From NCBI RefSeq assembly GCF_006345805.1, contig NC_043011.1, forward strand, positions 25,556,464-25,620,463: DNA of 64,000 nucleotides, given 5' to 3'. A program made the translations under genes and the position numbers. Under the pieces are notes generated by a model. That model was not told where the DNA came from, did not search any database, and saw only the letters and a list, made by a program, of their open reading frames with translations. Shown here in pieces: positions 52,659 to 64,000 of the stretch (position 1 is its first letter; every line of letters starts with the position of its first letter). This DNA is from Octopus sinensis (Eukaryota).

Positions 52659-55189
52659 TTGTTTAGTGTGTGTTTAGTGTGTGTGACAGAATCATATGTG
52701 TATATATTTCTTTACTACCTACAAGGGGTTAAACACAGAGGAGACAAACAAGGACAGACAAGGGATTAAATCGATTACAATCGGCCCCAGTGCGTAACTG
52801 GTACTTAATTTATCGACCCCAGAAGGATGAAGGCAAAGTCGACCTTGGCGGAATTTGAACTCGGAACGTAACGGCAGAGACGAACCGGCAATGCATTTCG
52901 CCCGGTGCTAACGTTTCTGCCAGCTCGCCGCCTAATGTGTATGTGTGGTGTGTGTGTTTGTTATTATGTGTGAGTCCATGTTGTTTGTAGTCTGGTCTTG
53001 TGTGTGTGTGTGTGTGTGTGTTGTGTGTTTGTGTGTGGGTGTGTATACATGTCTGTGTGTGCATGTTGAACATGTGTCTGTGTATTGGCATGTGAATGTA
53101 CATGTTCTATGTGAGCCTGTGTATTAGCATCTATATGTGTGTGTGAGCATGCACGTTGTATGTGCGTCTATGTATTAACTTGTATGTGTATTCAATGTGA
53201 GTGTGCATGCACATTGCATGCATGCCTCTGTGTCAGCATGTGTGTTGTGTGTGCAATGCACATTGCATATGTACCTGTATCACCATGTATGTGTGTGCAC
53301 TTGGTCTCTGTATTAAAGCATGTGTATGTGTGTATGTGCATGCACATTGCATGTGTGCCTGTATCAGCATGTGGTGTCATGTGTGTGTGTGTGCTGCACA
53401 TTGCATATGTACCTGTCGTCAGCATGTATGTGTGTGGCACTTGTTCTCTGTATTGACTTGAGTCTCTGTATTGACACATGTGTATGTGGTGTGTGTGTGT
53501 GTGTGTGTATGCATTTTGTATGTAAGTCTGGGCATTAGCATGCATGTGTGTGTGTGTGTGTGGTGCGTGCATGCACATGTGCATGTGCGTATGTGTGGTG
53601 TTCTGGTCAATGCATTCAGTGATGGCTCATTAGAAACAACCTACTGTTGTTATTGTTGACATTTTCATTAACAAAGAAAACGTTATCATTATTGTTTTAG
53701 TTACTGTCTTCAACACCATCATCATCATCATCACTATCGTCGTCATCACCATCGTCATCACCATCATTATCATCATCATCGTCGTCATCGCTGTCATCGT
53801 CATCACTGACATGGTTGTCATCATCATCATCATCTTTCGTTGTATAGCTGTACTGTCATCATTTTAATCCTGGCAACATCATAACCATGACAACATCTTA
53901 ATTACTATCTGGTCATCATCGTCCATCACACCAATCACCCACCAAAACCCACCACCACCACCACCACCACCCCCACCAACCACCACCACCACCACCACCA
54001 CCATGATGATGACCATCATCATCTTCATCATCGCCACCGTCCTCATCATTATCGTGTTATTTTTTCTGCTTATTGATTGTTATATTTTCCTGTTTTGTGA
54101 TTCTTCTCTCTCTCTTTCTCCTTATACCTTCCTCTCTCTGGCTCTGTTTCTCAACCACTCTCTTTTCTCCTCTCCATTTCACCCTCTTACTCTCACTCTT
54201 TTTACTTCTCGCCATCAATCTGTTTCCACTCACACTCTCTCCCTCCCTCTCTTTCTCTCTCTCTATCTCACTCTATGTTGGTCTTTCTTCCTCTCTTTAC
54301 TTCTCTACATCAATCTGTTTCTGTCTTTCTGTCGCACTGTCTCTGTCTCTCTCTCTCTCTCTCACATTTATCTATTCTTTCTTTCTCCCTATATGCTCTC
54401 TCTCTCTCCCCACCTTCTCATTCTCTTTCTTTCACTCTTCTCTCTCCCTCTCTCTCTCTCCCATTCATTTTTATTGTTAAATTAACTCTCCCCCATCAAA
54501 TAGCCATCACTACACTCAGCCTACTTTTTCTCTTCATTGTCCAAAACCTACAATCACTTGACCCTTCCTCTCTAAAGTATCCTGTAATAAAGCCTTCGAA
54601 TCTTGGCATAAGAGCAGCAATTTAGGGGCTGGGACAGGTTGATTACATTGACCCCCCGTGCTCAAATGGCATTTATTTTACTGACACTGAAAGGATGAAA
54701 GGCAAAGTTGACTTTGACAGAATTGAACTCACGCATAAAATGCTGCTGAGCCTTTTCTCCCAAAGCGCTAATGATTCTACCAGCTGGCCATCTTAATTCT
54801 TTGTCTGTCCAAAGCATTTTCATGTTTGTCCTAAATGTCCATGCTTGTTTTTCAGATTTATAGTTAACCCCTGTTTTTATATGTTCTGAGTATATAAGAC
54901 TTTCTTTTCATAAGTCTCGAGTTACTCTTATTTGTTGAGAAAAAACTGGGAATGTGTACCATGATATAATGCAGGAACATCAGGGAGATATGTCCTGTGT
55001 TTCGCATGTGATATGCAGGACAGCAAAGGTTTAACCCTTAACATATAATACCAGCCAGCCACATCCAGTTTGAATATTTTGCCTGTTCATATTTGGTAAA
55101 AGGACCAAAACATGAACACAGAAGAACTGTAGTCTTCCTCTCTTACATGCTACATTTGATTCCTCTTATGCTCAACTTTTCTCAAATAC

Positions 55190-56080
55190 ATTTGCACTTT
55201 GTTGTACATGTGCACTGATGTTTGCACATCCAACTGAGCATTCTGCCTTCATTTCTCTCCAGTCTACACATGTCTTCTGCATTCAGAACCCATGTCTCAC
55301 TACCATGGAGTATAGCCATTCAAATACAAGCATCATATAGTCTACCTTTCACTCTGAGAGAGAGAGTCCTTTTGTTGCTGACAGAGGTAATAGCTCTCTG
55401 AATTCCTCCACCAATTCTTAGTCTAGAAACATTACTTTCAGAGCATCCTTCCTCCATTGCTAATTTGGGCACCTAGGTAACAACCTCAGAGAGCCTCTTG
55501 GGCATTGAGAGAATCTAAGCCTCTATGCTCTTAGTGCTTATTGTTCCTGCACATCTGCCATGTACAAAGGCAACCTTATCTGTTAATCTACCTGTAATTC
55601 CATAATTTACATGGGTGCAGTGAATAGAATTTCTTCCAACTCCTTTCCTACATATTGAGCAGGGCATTTACCTGACAGAAAGAGAGTTTTATCTTCTTTC
55701 TTACTAACAACAACTTTGTTCCTTTGCTAGGCTCTTTAATTTCAGGTTTTGTTTCCCTAAAACAAGGAATTTCTTCTCCATTCTGCAATAAAGATTCTAC
55801 AATAAGAGCAAGGTCATCAGCATATAGTAGTTCCCACAGCATCCAATTTTGAATTCTCCAGGTTGACGAAGGCTAAGTACAATGGCTTACTTTTGGCCAA
55901 GTATGTTTCCAGCAGCTGTCTCATTAGGAAAATCGCATCTGTGGTACTCTTCCTATGGTACAAAACCAAACTGCTTCTCATCTAGTTTAATTCTATTCCC
56001 TAATCAATTGAGCAATAACCCTCTCAGTAACTTTCATTCATGACTTGGTCTAGCAATTTAATACTTCTGTGGTTGTTTCT
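55190..56080 (-). mobile_element. Degenerate RTE-type RT fragment
   Basis: DAIFLMRQL...PLYLAFV.LE and WELLYADDLALI motifs with stops and frameshifts. Confidence 0.8.
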
Positions 56081-58404
56081 ATTTAAGGGCATTACCTTTA
56101 CCCTTGTAACAGCTAACTATAATACTGCTATACCAGTCATTGGGGATGGCGTCTTCCTGAATAACTTGATTAACTATACGGGTGACTAAGCTGTATCATC
56201 CTACAACCACTGGGAATTTTAATCATCTTGGCAGTGATTTCTGATGCCCAGTTGTTAAATACAAATCCACTTATGAAATAATAGCCTTGATATTATTAGC
56301 ACTAACCATTCTTTGAATTATAATAACAGCAATATTAGTATTTCTGATATATATTCCAATTGCAGTTACTTCCTTAGCATTAATTCTAATACTAGAACCT
56401 CTGTTTATCATATAAAATTACTTCCGGGTCTGATGTCTTTTTTTATATAGGCAATTCTTCATCTCAGTTGTCCCAAAGAATATCAGCCATTACTCAACAT
56501 TTAGACATATCAATAATGCAACAATTCTGGGCTTAGTGAATTAATTTAGTCTCTAAAGAACACAATAAACAATTTGATTTGGAATTGAATTTTCTATCTA
56601 GGTCCTTTCTTTATGATAAAGGTAAATCTTTTTGTTTGCTCTGTAATGTGAACTGTATTTCATCCTGTTCTCAGAGACTCCTCTCTAAACACTTTAAAGA
56701 ATGTGTTTATTATTGCAAACATTGGCAAAAACATACCTTTAGTTCCTATAAGTAATTTCTACTATCTTATAAAATTCGACCTTTAACTATCTCCTTACAT
56801 TTCATTTCCACTAAATATCTATTTCCATGCATTTAATCTTTATTCCTATCACCTATTGCACTATATTTCTCCACTCTTAGTTTTCTCTCTAATTTCTTTC
56901 TTCCTCCGCCTCTCTTTTCTATAATTGCCTTGACGTTATATCTATTAATGTTTCTTTTAAAAATAACCTACCAGCATTCCTTCATCATATATGTAGTAAT
57001 TATTAAGTTAAATGCTTATTGATGTTTTTGTTTTCTCTTTTTTTCCCTGATGAGAAGATTTTATTATTTATAAACCATTTCATTCCTTCTGGAATAACCC
57101 AATGTTTTTCTTCAAAGCATATGTTGGAGTATAAAGATTTGAATAACACCTGCATTTAACTCCATTTATTTATTTATATATGTTATACAAAAACATTTCA
57201 CTAAATCCTTTGTAAGTAGACTGTACAAACTTTACATCCTTGGTACTTTTTTGATTTTTTTGCTACCCTGGTAACTATTTATTTTTCCTTGTTATTTGTA
57301 CACATTGCAAAAATACCCATACACTTATATAGACATATATACATACACACACACACACACACACCCACACATATATATATATATACATATACATGTATGT
57401 ATATATGTATATTATGAATGTATGTATATATATATGTATGTATGTGTATGTATATGTATATACAGTTGTGTGTACATATGTGTGGTGTGAATGTGTGTTT
57501 TGCACTTCCTTGTCTTGCATCACCTGATAGATATGTATATTATGAATGTATGTATATATATATGTATGTATGTGTATGTATATGTATATACATGTGTGTG
57601 TAATATGTGTGGTGTGTGAATGTGTGTTTGCACTTCCTTGTCTTGACATCACCTGATAGCTGTGAGTGTCACTGTCATACAAGCAATGTCATTAATTTCC
57701 AGTTTCCTATGAAAGCTTATCCAGCCCAGGGAAATATCACTTTATATTTGGAAATAGGTGAGGTTAAGCAGTGAGATAGGGCATCTGACCGTTGTGAAAT
57801 CTGCCTCAACGAAATTCCACATGGAAAGGTGGACATTAAAATAACGATGAGTGTTGATGATGATGATGATGATGTGATGATAACGATGATGATGTTGATA
57901 TGATGATTTGTTGATGATATGATGATGATGATGATGATGATGATTATGATGATGATGATGATGATGATGATGCTTTGCTTCTTATGTAACAACCTCAATT
58001 TGACAATTCCCAAATTGATAATATCTATAGCAGCAGTTGTAAGTATGTGCGCTTTTTTAAAAAACTATGGATAAAAAGATATGTTGCAGCATTTATCTAC
58101 AATGGTATATTCATGTGTGTATGGGTGTGTTGTGTGTGTGTTGTGGGTTGTGTGTTGTGTGTGTGTGTTGTGTGTGTTATGGACAGGCAGCAGATTTGGC
58201 AAGCTGACTGGGTGTTCAACCTGTTTTAGTGACAGTACATTTTAGCTACTGGAAGCAAATACATAGCACACAGAAGATGCCTCCACAGATAAAACAGAGA
58301 GAGAAAGAGTGAGAGAAGGAGAGAGAGAGAGAGTGAGATAGAGATTACATATGCATACAAACACAACTAGATGCTCATACACATAAACAGAGAGAGAGGT
58401 AGAG

Positions 58405-58465
<61 letters not shown>

Positions 58466-59224
58466 CAGAGATGGGAGAGAATGAGAGAAACATTAAGACA
58501 TGTCATATCAAGTCAGTGTTGAATCAGCAACTCCAGATTTCTGGCACCAAAACAGCTGTGCCAAAACGTCTCATACTCTTTGCTATATGCTACATTAACC
58601 CTCCTTCATTTCCACACATCCCGACCAGTTTTCTGTGAATAATATTTGACACATGGGAACAAACTACAGTGTGCTGTTGTTACTGTTGTTCTTTAGACCT
58701 ACTCCCCACTCACTCTGCAGGAAAGCAAAACTATTCCAGCAATGGCTATCCATCTTTTATTTATTCCTGATGTGTGGATGAGACTTGTGGAAGACAGAAG
58801 CCCAGGAAGATGTGGAATGAAGTATTGAAGGCCAATCTGAAGACACTGGAGATGACTAAAAGAGATGACTAAAGACTGAGATATCTGGCACATTACTGCA
58901 GTCAAGGATACCTGTCTGTCACAATAGAATTGATACTGGTGCTGGTGCCACATAAAAAGCACTTGTGCTGGTGTCATGTTACAAGCACTGGCGCTGGTGC
59001 AACGTTAAGTGCACCCAGTACACTCTGTGGAGTGGTTGGCAATAGGAAGGGCATCCAGCCATAGAAACCATACCAGAACAGCCAATGGAGCCTGGTGTGG
59101 CCCCTAGTCTTACCAGCTACAAAGAAGCCATTCAATCCATACCAGCATGGAAAATGAACGTTAACTGATGATAATGGTGATGATGATGTATGTAAGACAT
59201 AAAGTTTAACCCTTTAAAACGATA

Positions 59225-59530
59225 AATGTAGCCCTTTTCAAGCCTAGCCTGGCTCATGGGCCCGGTTTCCCAGTTTCTGTGGCATATGTGTTCCCCCCAG
59301 CTGGATGGGATGCCAGTCCATCGCAGCATTACTCAAGAAACAGGAAGAGAGAGTGAGAGAAAGTTGTGGGGAAAGAGTGCAACAGGGGTCGTCACCACCC
59401 CCTGCCAGAGCCTTGTGGAGCTTTTAGGTATTTTCGCTCAATAAACACACACAACGCCCGGTCTGGGAATCGAAACCGCAATCCTCCGACCACGAGTCTG
59501 CTGCCCTAACCACTGGGCCATTGCACTTCC
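59225..59530 (-). mobile_element. tRNA-headed SINE, chimeric between families C and D
   Basis: Head tggcccagtggttagggcagc..ggtttcgattccc. Centre matches 16862-16995; tail matches 46375-46455. Confidence 0.75.
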
Positions 59531-59537
59531 ACTTTAA

Positions 59538-59760
59538 CCCTTTAGCATTCAGATTATTCTGTCAAATGCAATGCTTTTACTTATTCACATTATTTTGAAT
59601 TTATCCCGTATTATCTCATAGCTTTGAAGTTTTGATCAAGTAACCGTATATCTTTTAGACTAACATTGTAGGGTAGGTATGAGAGGTTGGATCTAGCTAA
59701 TTTGAACATAACACAGGTTGACTATTTTGGTTGGATATGGCCGGTTTAAATGCTAAAGGG
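59538..59760. mobile_element. piggyBac-like MITE
   Basis: TTAA on both sides. Perfect 12-bp TIRs ccctttagcatt / aatgctaaaggg. A partial end also occurs at about 13820-13848. Confidence 0.9.
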
Positions 59761-60020
59761 TTAAAGCCTGTCTGTCTTGAGGCTACATATTCATTAGGCT
59801 GAGCTTATCCTGGTTTCTGAGGTGTATAAGGGATTGATTAAGTGCATGATGCTTCCTCCTTGATGGGATGCTAATTTACCTGAAAGATAACTTCCAACTA
59901 TTCATTTCAGCTGGAGTAACATAAAAAGTAGTGCCTGGTTTGAGAGCACAACATGCTACCTGGTTTGAGAATTGAAACCATGACGTTATAATCATGAATA
60001 CAGCACTGTAGCCAATATGT

Positions 60021-60875
60021 CAGTGTTTCTCAACCAGTTTTTACTTATGGACCCCTTTGATTCCTGTTTTAGTCTGATGGATCCTTCTAGCCATTTGATG
60101 TTGAAAAAATCCTCTTATGTTTCTATAATTAAATATCATAAAGAATTGTATAAAAAAATTGCTAAAGTATTTTGTGTATTCATCATCATCCTTTTAAAGT
60201 CTGTTTTCCATGCTGGCATGGGTTGGACGGTTTGGCCAGAGAGAGCTGCATCAGTTTCCAGTCTGATTTGGCTTGGTTTCTATGGCTGGATGCTCTTCCT
60301 AATGCCAACTAGTTTTCAATGTGCTGGGTGCTTTTAATATGGAACCTGCACATGCACTTTTACATGCCACTGGCACAGAACTCTTGCAGGACAATCTGCT
60401 TCACCAGATGATGTGGCCTTAACACTTCTGTTGCAGAGGAATGGCTCTTCTGGAGTACAGCAAGTGCCAGGTATCTCAGTCCTTTCTCATCTCATCTGAA
60501 AAGTTCAGTGTCTGGAGGTTGTCCTCTAGTACTTTGTATTGTAGAAATATAAACAATTTAAAGGCGGCGAGTTAGCACGCTGGGCAAAATGCTAAGCAGT
60601 ATTTCGTCTGCCGTTAGGTTCTGAGTTCAAATTCCACCGAGGTTGACTTTGTCTTTCATCCTTTCGGGGTCGATAAATTAAGTACTAGTTATGCACTGGG
60701 GTCAGTGTAACCGACTTAATCCCTTTGTCTGTCCTTGTTTGTCCCCTCTATGTTTAGGCCCTTGTAGGCAATAAAGAAACAAGAAATATAATTGATTTAT
60801 TGCAGATAAATTTTAAGAACAAAATCTTCAACGGGCCCCCAAGGGACCATATAGACACCTGGTTGAGTCATGTGC
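60021..60875. mobile_element. hAT-like MITE split by two nested SINE-type insertions
   Basis: Ends match the reverse complement of 44959-45215. RTE-3'UTR copy at about 60180-60540 and SINE A at 60562-60785 lie inside. Confidence 0.65.
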
Positions 60876-61351
60876 CTTAGTCAAGGACTACATTACCCAA
60901 TATTTTCTTACTTAAGCCCTTCACTTCCCTTTGAGCTTGGCCCATCAACAACTTGTCTCCAGTATTCTCAGCTCTGGGCTGTCTTTCCTCTTGTTGGTCT
61001 TGTTGGTTTTGTTTTTCATTGATGCTTCTATAACTTTGCCTCTTTTTTATTCTAGGCAGGAATGTCATTCTTACACAACCCCATTTTTACCCTTGAAAAG
61101 AGGTAGTCCATATTAGTCCAGTCCGGCCTCTACCCTTTGACTTGTCCAGCATGGAAGGTGCTTGTGCTCTGCTCTGTTGGCATAACTCTCAGATTCATTG
61201 AGATACAAAAGCCAATGTCATTATGTCCTAACAAGGATTGAACCTTTTTTCTTTTCTGATTTGAGGGAAACTTGACTGCTACTTCTAAGAAGTCAAGCAG
61301 CTATATATAGGTATCATTGTTGGCTCATTACAGTGAGTATATTTATTATAG

Positions 61352-61454
61352 ATGGAGATAACAAATCTCAGTACCAATTTCATGAATATCCGAAGACGGC
61401 ATGGATGGAAAACAGTTATGAGGATAAGGTTTCCAGATTCAAATTTGAAGAGAG
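61352..61454 (+). CDS. Probable downstream exon of the CCDC177-like gene (GDNKSQYQFHEYPKTAWMENSYEDKVSRFKFEE)
   Basis: Acceptor ttattatag, donor AG|GTAACT, phase 1-2. Phase-compatible with the exons at 45543 and 62852. Confidence 0.6.
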
Positions 61455-62851
61455 GTAACTGTAGATTACTTTATGTCCTTGTTTTTTTTTGTTTTTTTTA
61501 CAGGATTACTTAATGTTGGTTGTGAACATGATGACCGAAAGCTAATATAGTTTTTAGTCCTTGTCATAAATCACCATTACCATGACGACGACAATGGCGA
61601 TGGCGATGACAATGACGATGACCATCACCACCACCATTACCCCCCCCCCCCCTGCCACCACTGCCACCACCGCCACTACCACCAACCATCACTACCACTA
61701 TCCTTCTCCACCTCTCCTTCATCACCATCCTCATCACTATTATCACCATCATGATCATCATGATCCTGATCACCATCATCATTGTCATTGTCATCATTAT
61801 CATCATCATCATTTTTTCCATGCTTGCATGGGTTGGACAGTTTGACAGGAGCTGGCAAAGCTGGAGAACTGCACCAGGCTCCAGTTGTCTGTTTTGGCAT
61901 GGTTTCTATGGCTGGATGGATTTTCTAATGCCAGCCACTTTACAGAGTATACTTGGTGCATTTTACATGGTACCAGCATCGGTGCTTTTTATATGACACC
62001 GGCATCAGTGAGCTTGCAAGACAAGGAGCTCACAGCTGAGAAAGGGAGAGGAACTGAGAGATTAGAGAATGACAGAGACGGCCCTCAAGACGAATGGATT
62101 ACATCAGCACAAAATGGGTGACTGACTTAATCCCTCATTTGGATTACTACCACCACCACCACCACCACCACCTCTCTCTCTTCTCTCTCTCTCTGGCTGG
62201 GTAAACTTCCTCTACAGCAAGACACCTGTTTCTGTCTCTCTGCCACACTCAACCTGTTCATCATCTAATACAAGATCACCTCCTCCAATGCTCCCCCCAC
62301 CTACCATCACAAAATTTCTTGTCTTGCAAGTTACCTGGTGACCCTGCTGGTGCTACGTAAAAAGCATCCAGTCCACACTGTGAAGTGGTTGGCATTTGGA
62401 AGGGCATCCAGCTGTAAAAACTATGCCAAAACTGACCTCGACTGTGCTGGTTCCATGTAAAAAGCACTCAGTCCACTCTGTAGGGTGGTTGGTGTTAGAA
62501 AGGGCATCCAGTCGTAAAAATCATTCCCAAACTGACATAGATGCCTGGCGTAGTTTTCTACCTGCCTAGCTCCTGTCAAACCGTCCGACCCATGCCAGCA
62601 CCAAAGGTGGATGTTAAACGATGATGATGAGGAGAAGGATGATGATGATGATAACTACCTGGTTCTTGGGCACCTTTTAACAGAGTTCAGTCTGTTGTAA
62701 GCATAATTCTATCCCCAGCTAAAATTCTGGAGGCTCTAAAAAAGCCTGAAGTGCTATTGGGTGAGGGTAGACTGTTATTCTTTTTCTGCTGAAATAGTAA
62801 GAAGAATGCATAGTAGATTAAATGGTTTGATTATTGCTTTTAATTCTTCAG

Positions 62852-62929
62852 GATGAAAGAACTCCGTGAAGAGAGCAGGAAGTTGAGGCTAGATTTAAAA
62901 TGTCGAGAGAAGAACTTGCTGAATACAAT
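62852..62929 (+). CDS. Probable downstream exon of the CCDC177-like gene, coiled-coil-like (RMKELREESRKLRLDLKCREKNLLNT)
   Basis: Acceptor ttcttcag, donor AT|GTAAGT, phase 2-2, E/K/R/L-rich. The gene continues beyond this exon. Confidence 0.65.
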
Positions 62930-63064
62930 GTAAGTCATTTTGGAAATATCTGTGAAGAGTCGTTATTTGTAGGATTATTGTTTATGAGACTACTAACATC
63001 AACTTTTTGAATGCAAAATAATTTGTTTTTAATGGTGGAGCTCAAAGTAGATGAAGTTATAAAT

Positions 63065-63565
63065 AATGGTTTCAAATTTTGGTGCTAGGCCAGCAATTTC
63101 GGTGGCGGTTGTAAGTTGATTCCATTGACCTCAGAGCTCAATTGGTACTTATTTTATTGGCCCCAAAAGGATGAAAGGCATAGTCAGCCTCGACACCATT
63201 TGAACTCAGAATGTAAAAACAGACGAAATGCTGCTAAGCATTTCACCCAGTGTGACAATGATTCTGCCAGCTTGCTGCCTTGATAAAATTTAAAATAACA
63301 GCATGTAAATATAATGTATGGGCAGCCTTCAACTTTTGCATGCTATCAAGGCAGTGAGCTGGCAGAATTGTTAGCATGCTGGATAAAATGCTTAGAGGCA
63401 TTTCATCTGTCTTTGCATTCTGAATTCAAATTCCACCAAGAGTGACTTTTGCCTTTCATCCTTTCAGGGCCGATAAAATAAGTACCAGTTGAGCACTGGG
63501 GGTCAATGCAATCGACTTAACCTCTTCCCAGAAATTTCTGGACTTGTGCCAAAATTTGGAGCCAA
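63065..63565. mobile_element. Inverted head-to-head pair of SINE family A copies (63065-63283 minus, 63345-63565 plus)
   Basis: Both about 220 bp, about 62-nt spacer. Confidence 0.85.
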
Positions 63566-63689
63566 TATTTATTTGGAACAAATATTTATAGTTTCATCTA
63601 CTTAAAATTCTCCTGTTAATGTAAGATTATTTCATGTCTCATGTTTCTAAATTCTTATGATGTAAAACAATTTTTTGAGTCTATATTTA

Positions 63690-63930
63690 CAAACTTTGAT
63701 TACTGATTGTCATCAATCACTGATCATCATCAATTATTGTCATTGATCACTGAGTGTCATCAACCATAGTCAATGATCATTGTCTTCAATTACTGATTAT
63801 CCTGATCACCAATTGTCTCAACCACTGATCATTGTCAGTCAATGTGATTGACTATTGTCTCCAGTTACCAATTGTCTTGATCACTGATCATTGTCAATCA
63901 ATGTCATTGATCATTGTCTTTGATCACTGG
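63690..63930. repeat. Degenerate about 20-bp repeat rich in TGATCA (ttgatcactgatcattgtc)
   Basis: About 10-12 diverged units. Confidence 0.7.
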
Positions 63931-64000
63931 TGCATCCATTATACTATGTGGGTGGTTGGCATTAGGAAGGGTATTCTATTATAGAAACCATGTTAAAGCA

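Noticed and set aside
61505-61555. Strong poly-T acceptor (tttttacag)
   Set aside because: All frames stop quickly, the phase-2 join gives an immediate stop, and no donor is visible.
62719-62760. Possible small exon KILEALKKPEVLL with CAG and GTGAGG ends
   Set aside because: Phase 1-1 is incompatible with the flanking phase-2 junction. It could only be used in another isoform.

Overview
AT-rich, microsatellite- and transposon-dense animal genomic DNA. The SINE/LINE families and repeat style point to a coleoid cephalopod, most likely Octopus (inference). Almost all ORFs in the supplied track are repeat artefacts. Three spliced genes can be rebuilt from GT-AG sites with consistent intron phases. 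(1) + strand, <1-~10.7 kb: 3' part of a type I membrane protein with an Asp/Asn-rich coding microsatellite, EB-module-like Cys repeats and one TM helix. (2) - strand, 21175->13284: complete 5-exon, 289-aa CRAL-TRIO protein most similar to RLBP1/CRALBP, keeping the retinal-contacting Tyr and Glu. (3) + strand, 43684->beyond the window: CCDC177-like ([12 protein letters not shown] motif) coiled-coil protein. The rest is tRNA-derived SINEs, LINE remnants (RTE, CR1/jockey, Tx1/L1, CRE-like), two tail-to-tail Penelope-like elements, mariner/hAT/piggyBac/pogo MITEs, two non-autonomous Helitrons and minisatellites. The most unusual signal is a set of minimal type I hammerhead-ribozyme-like folds at 20-37 kb. 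The best is a G3-C8 core-covariant hammerhead with a palindromic stem III (34343-34392). It is carried by a short fold-back element whose other copy has a target-site duplication. A second fold-back has a U3-A8-type core. All calls are by eye; no database search or folding program was run.
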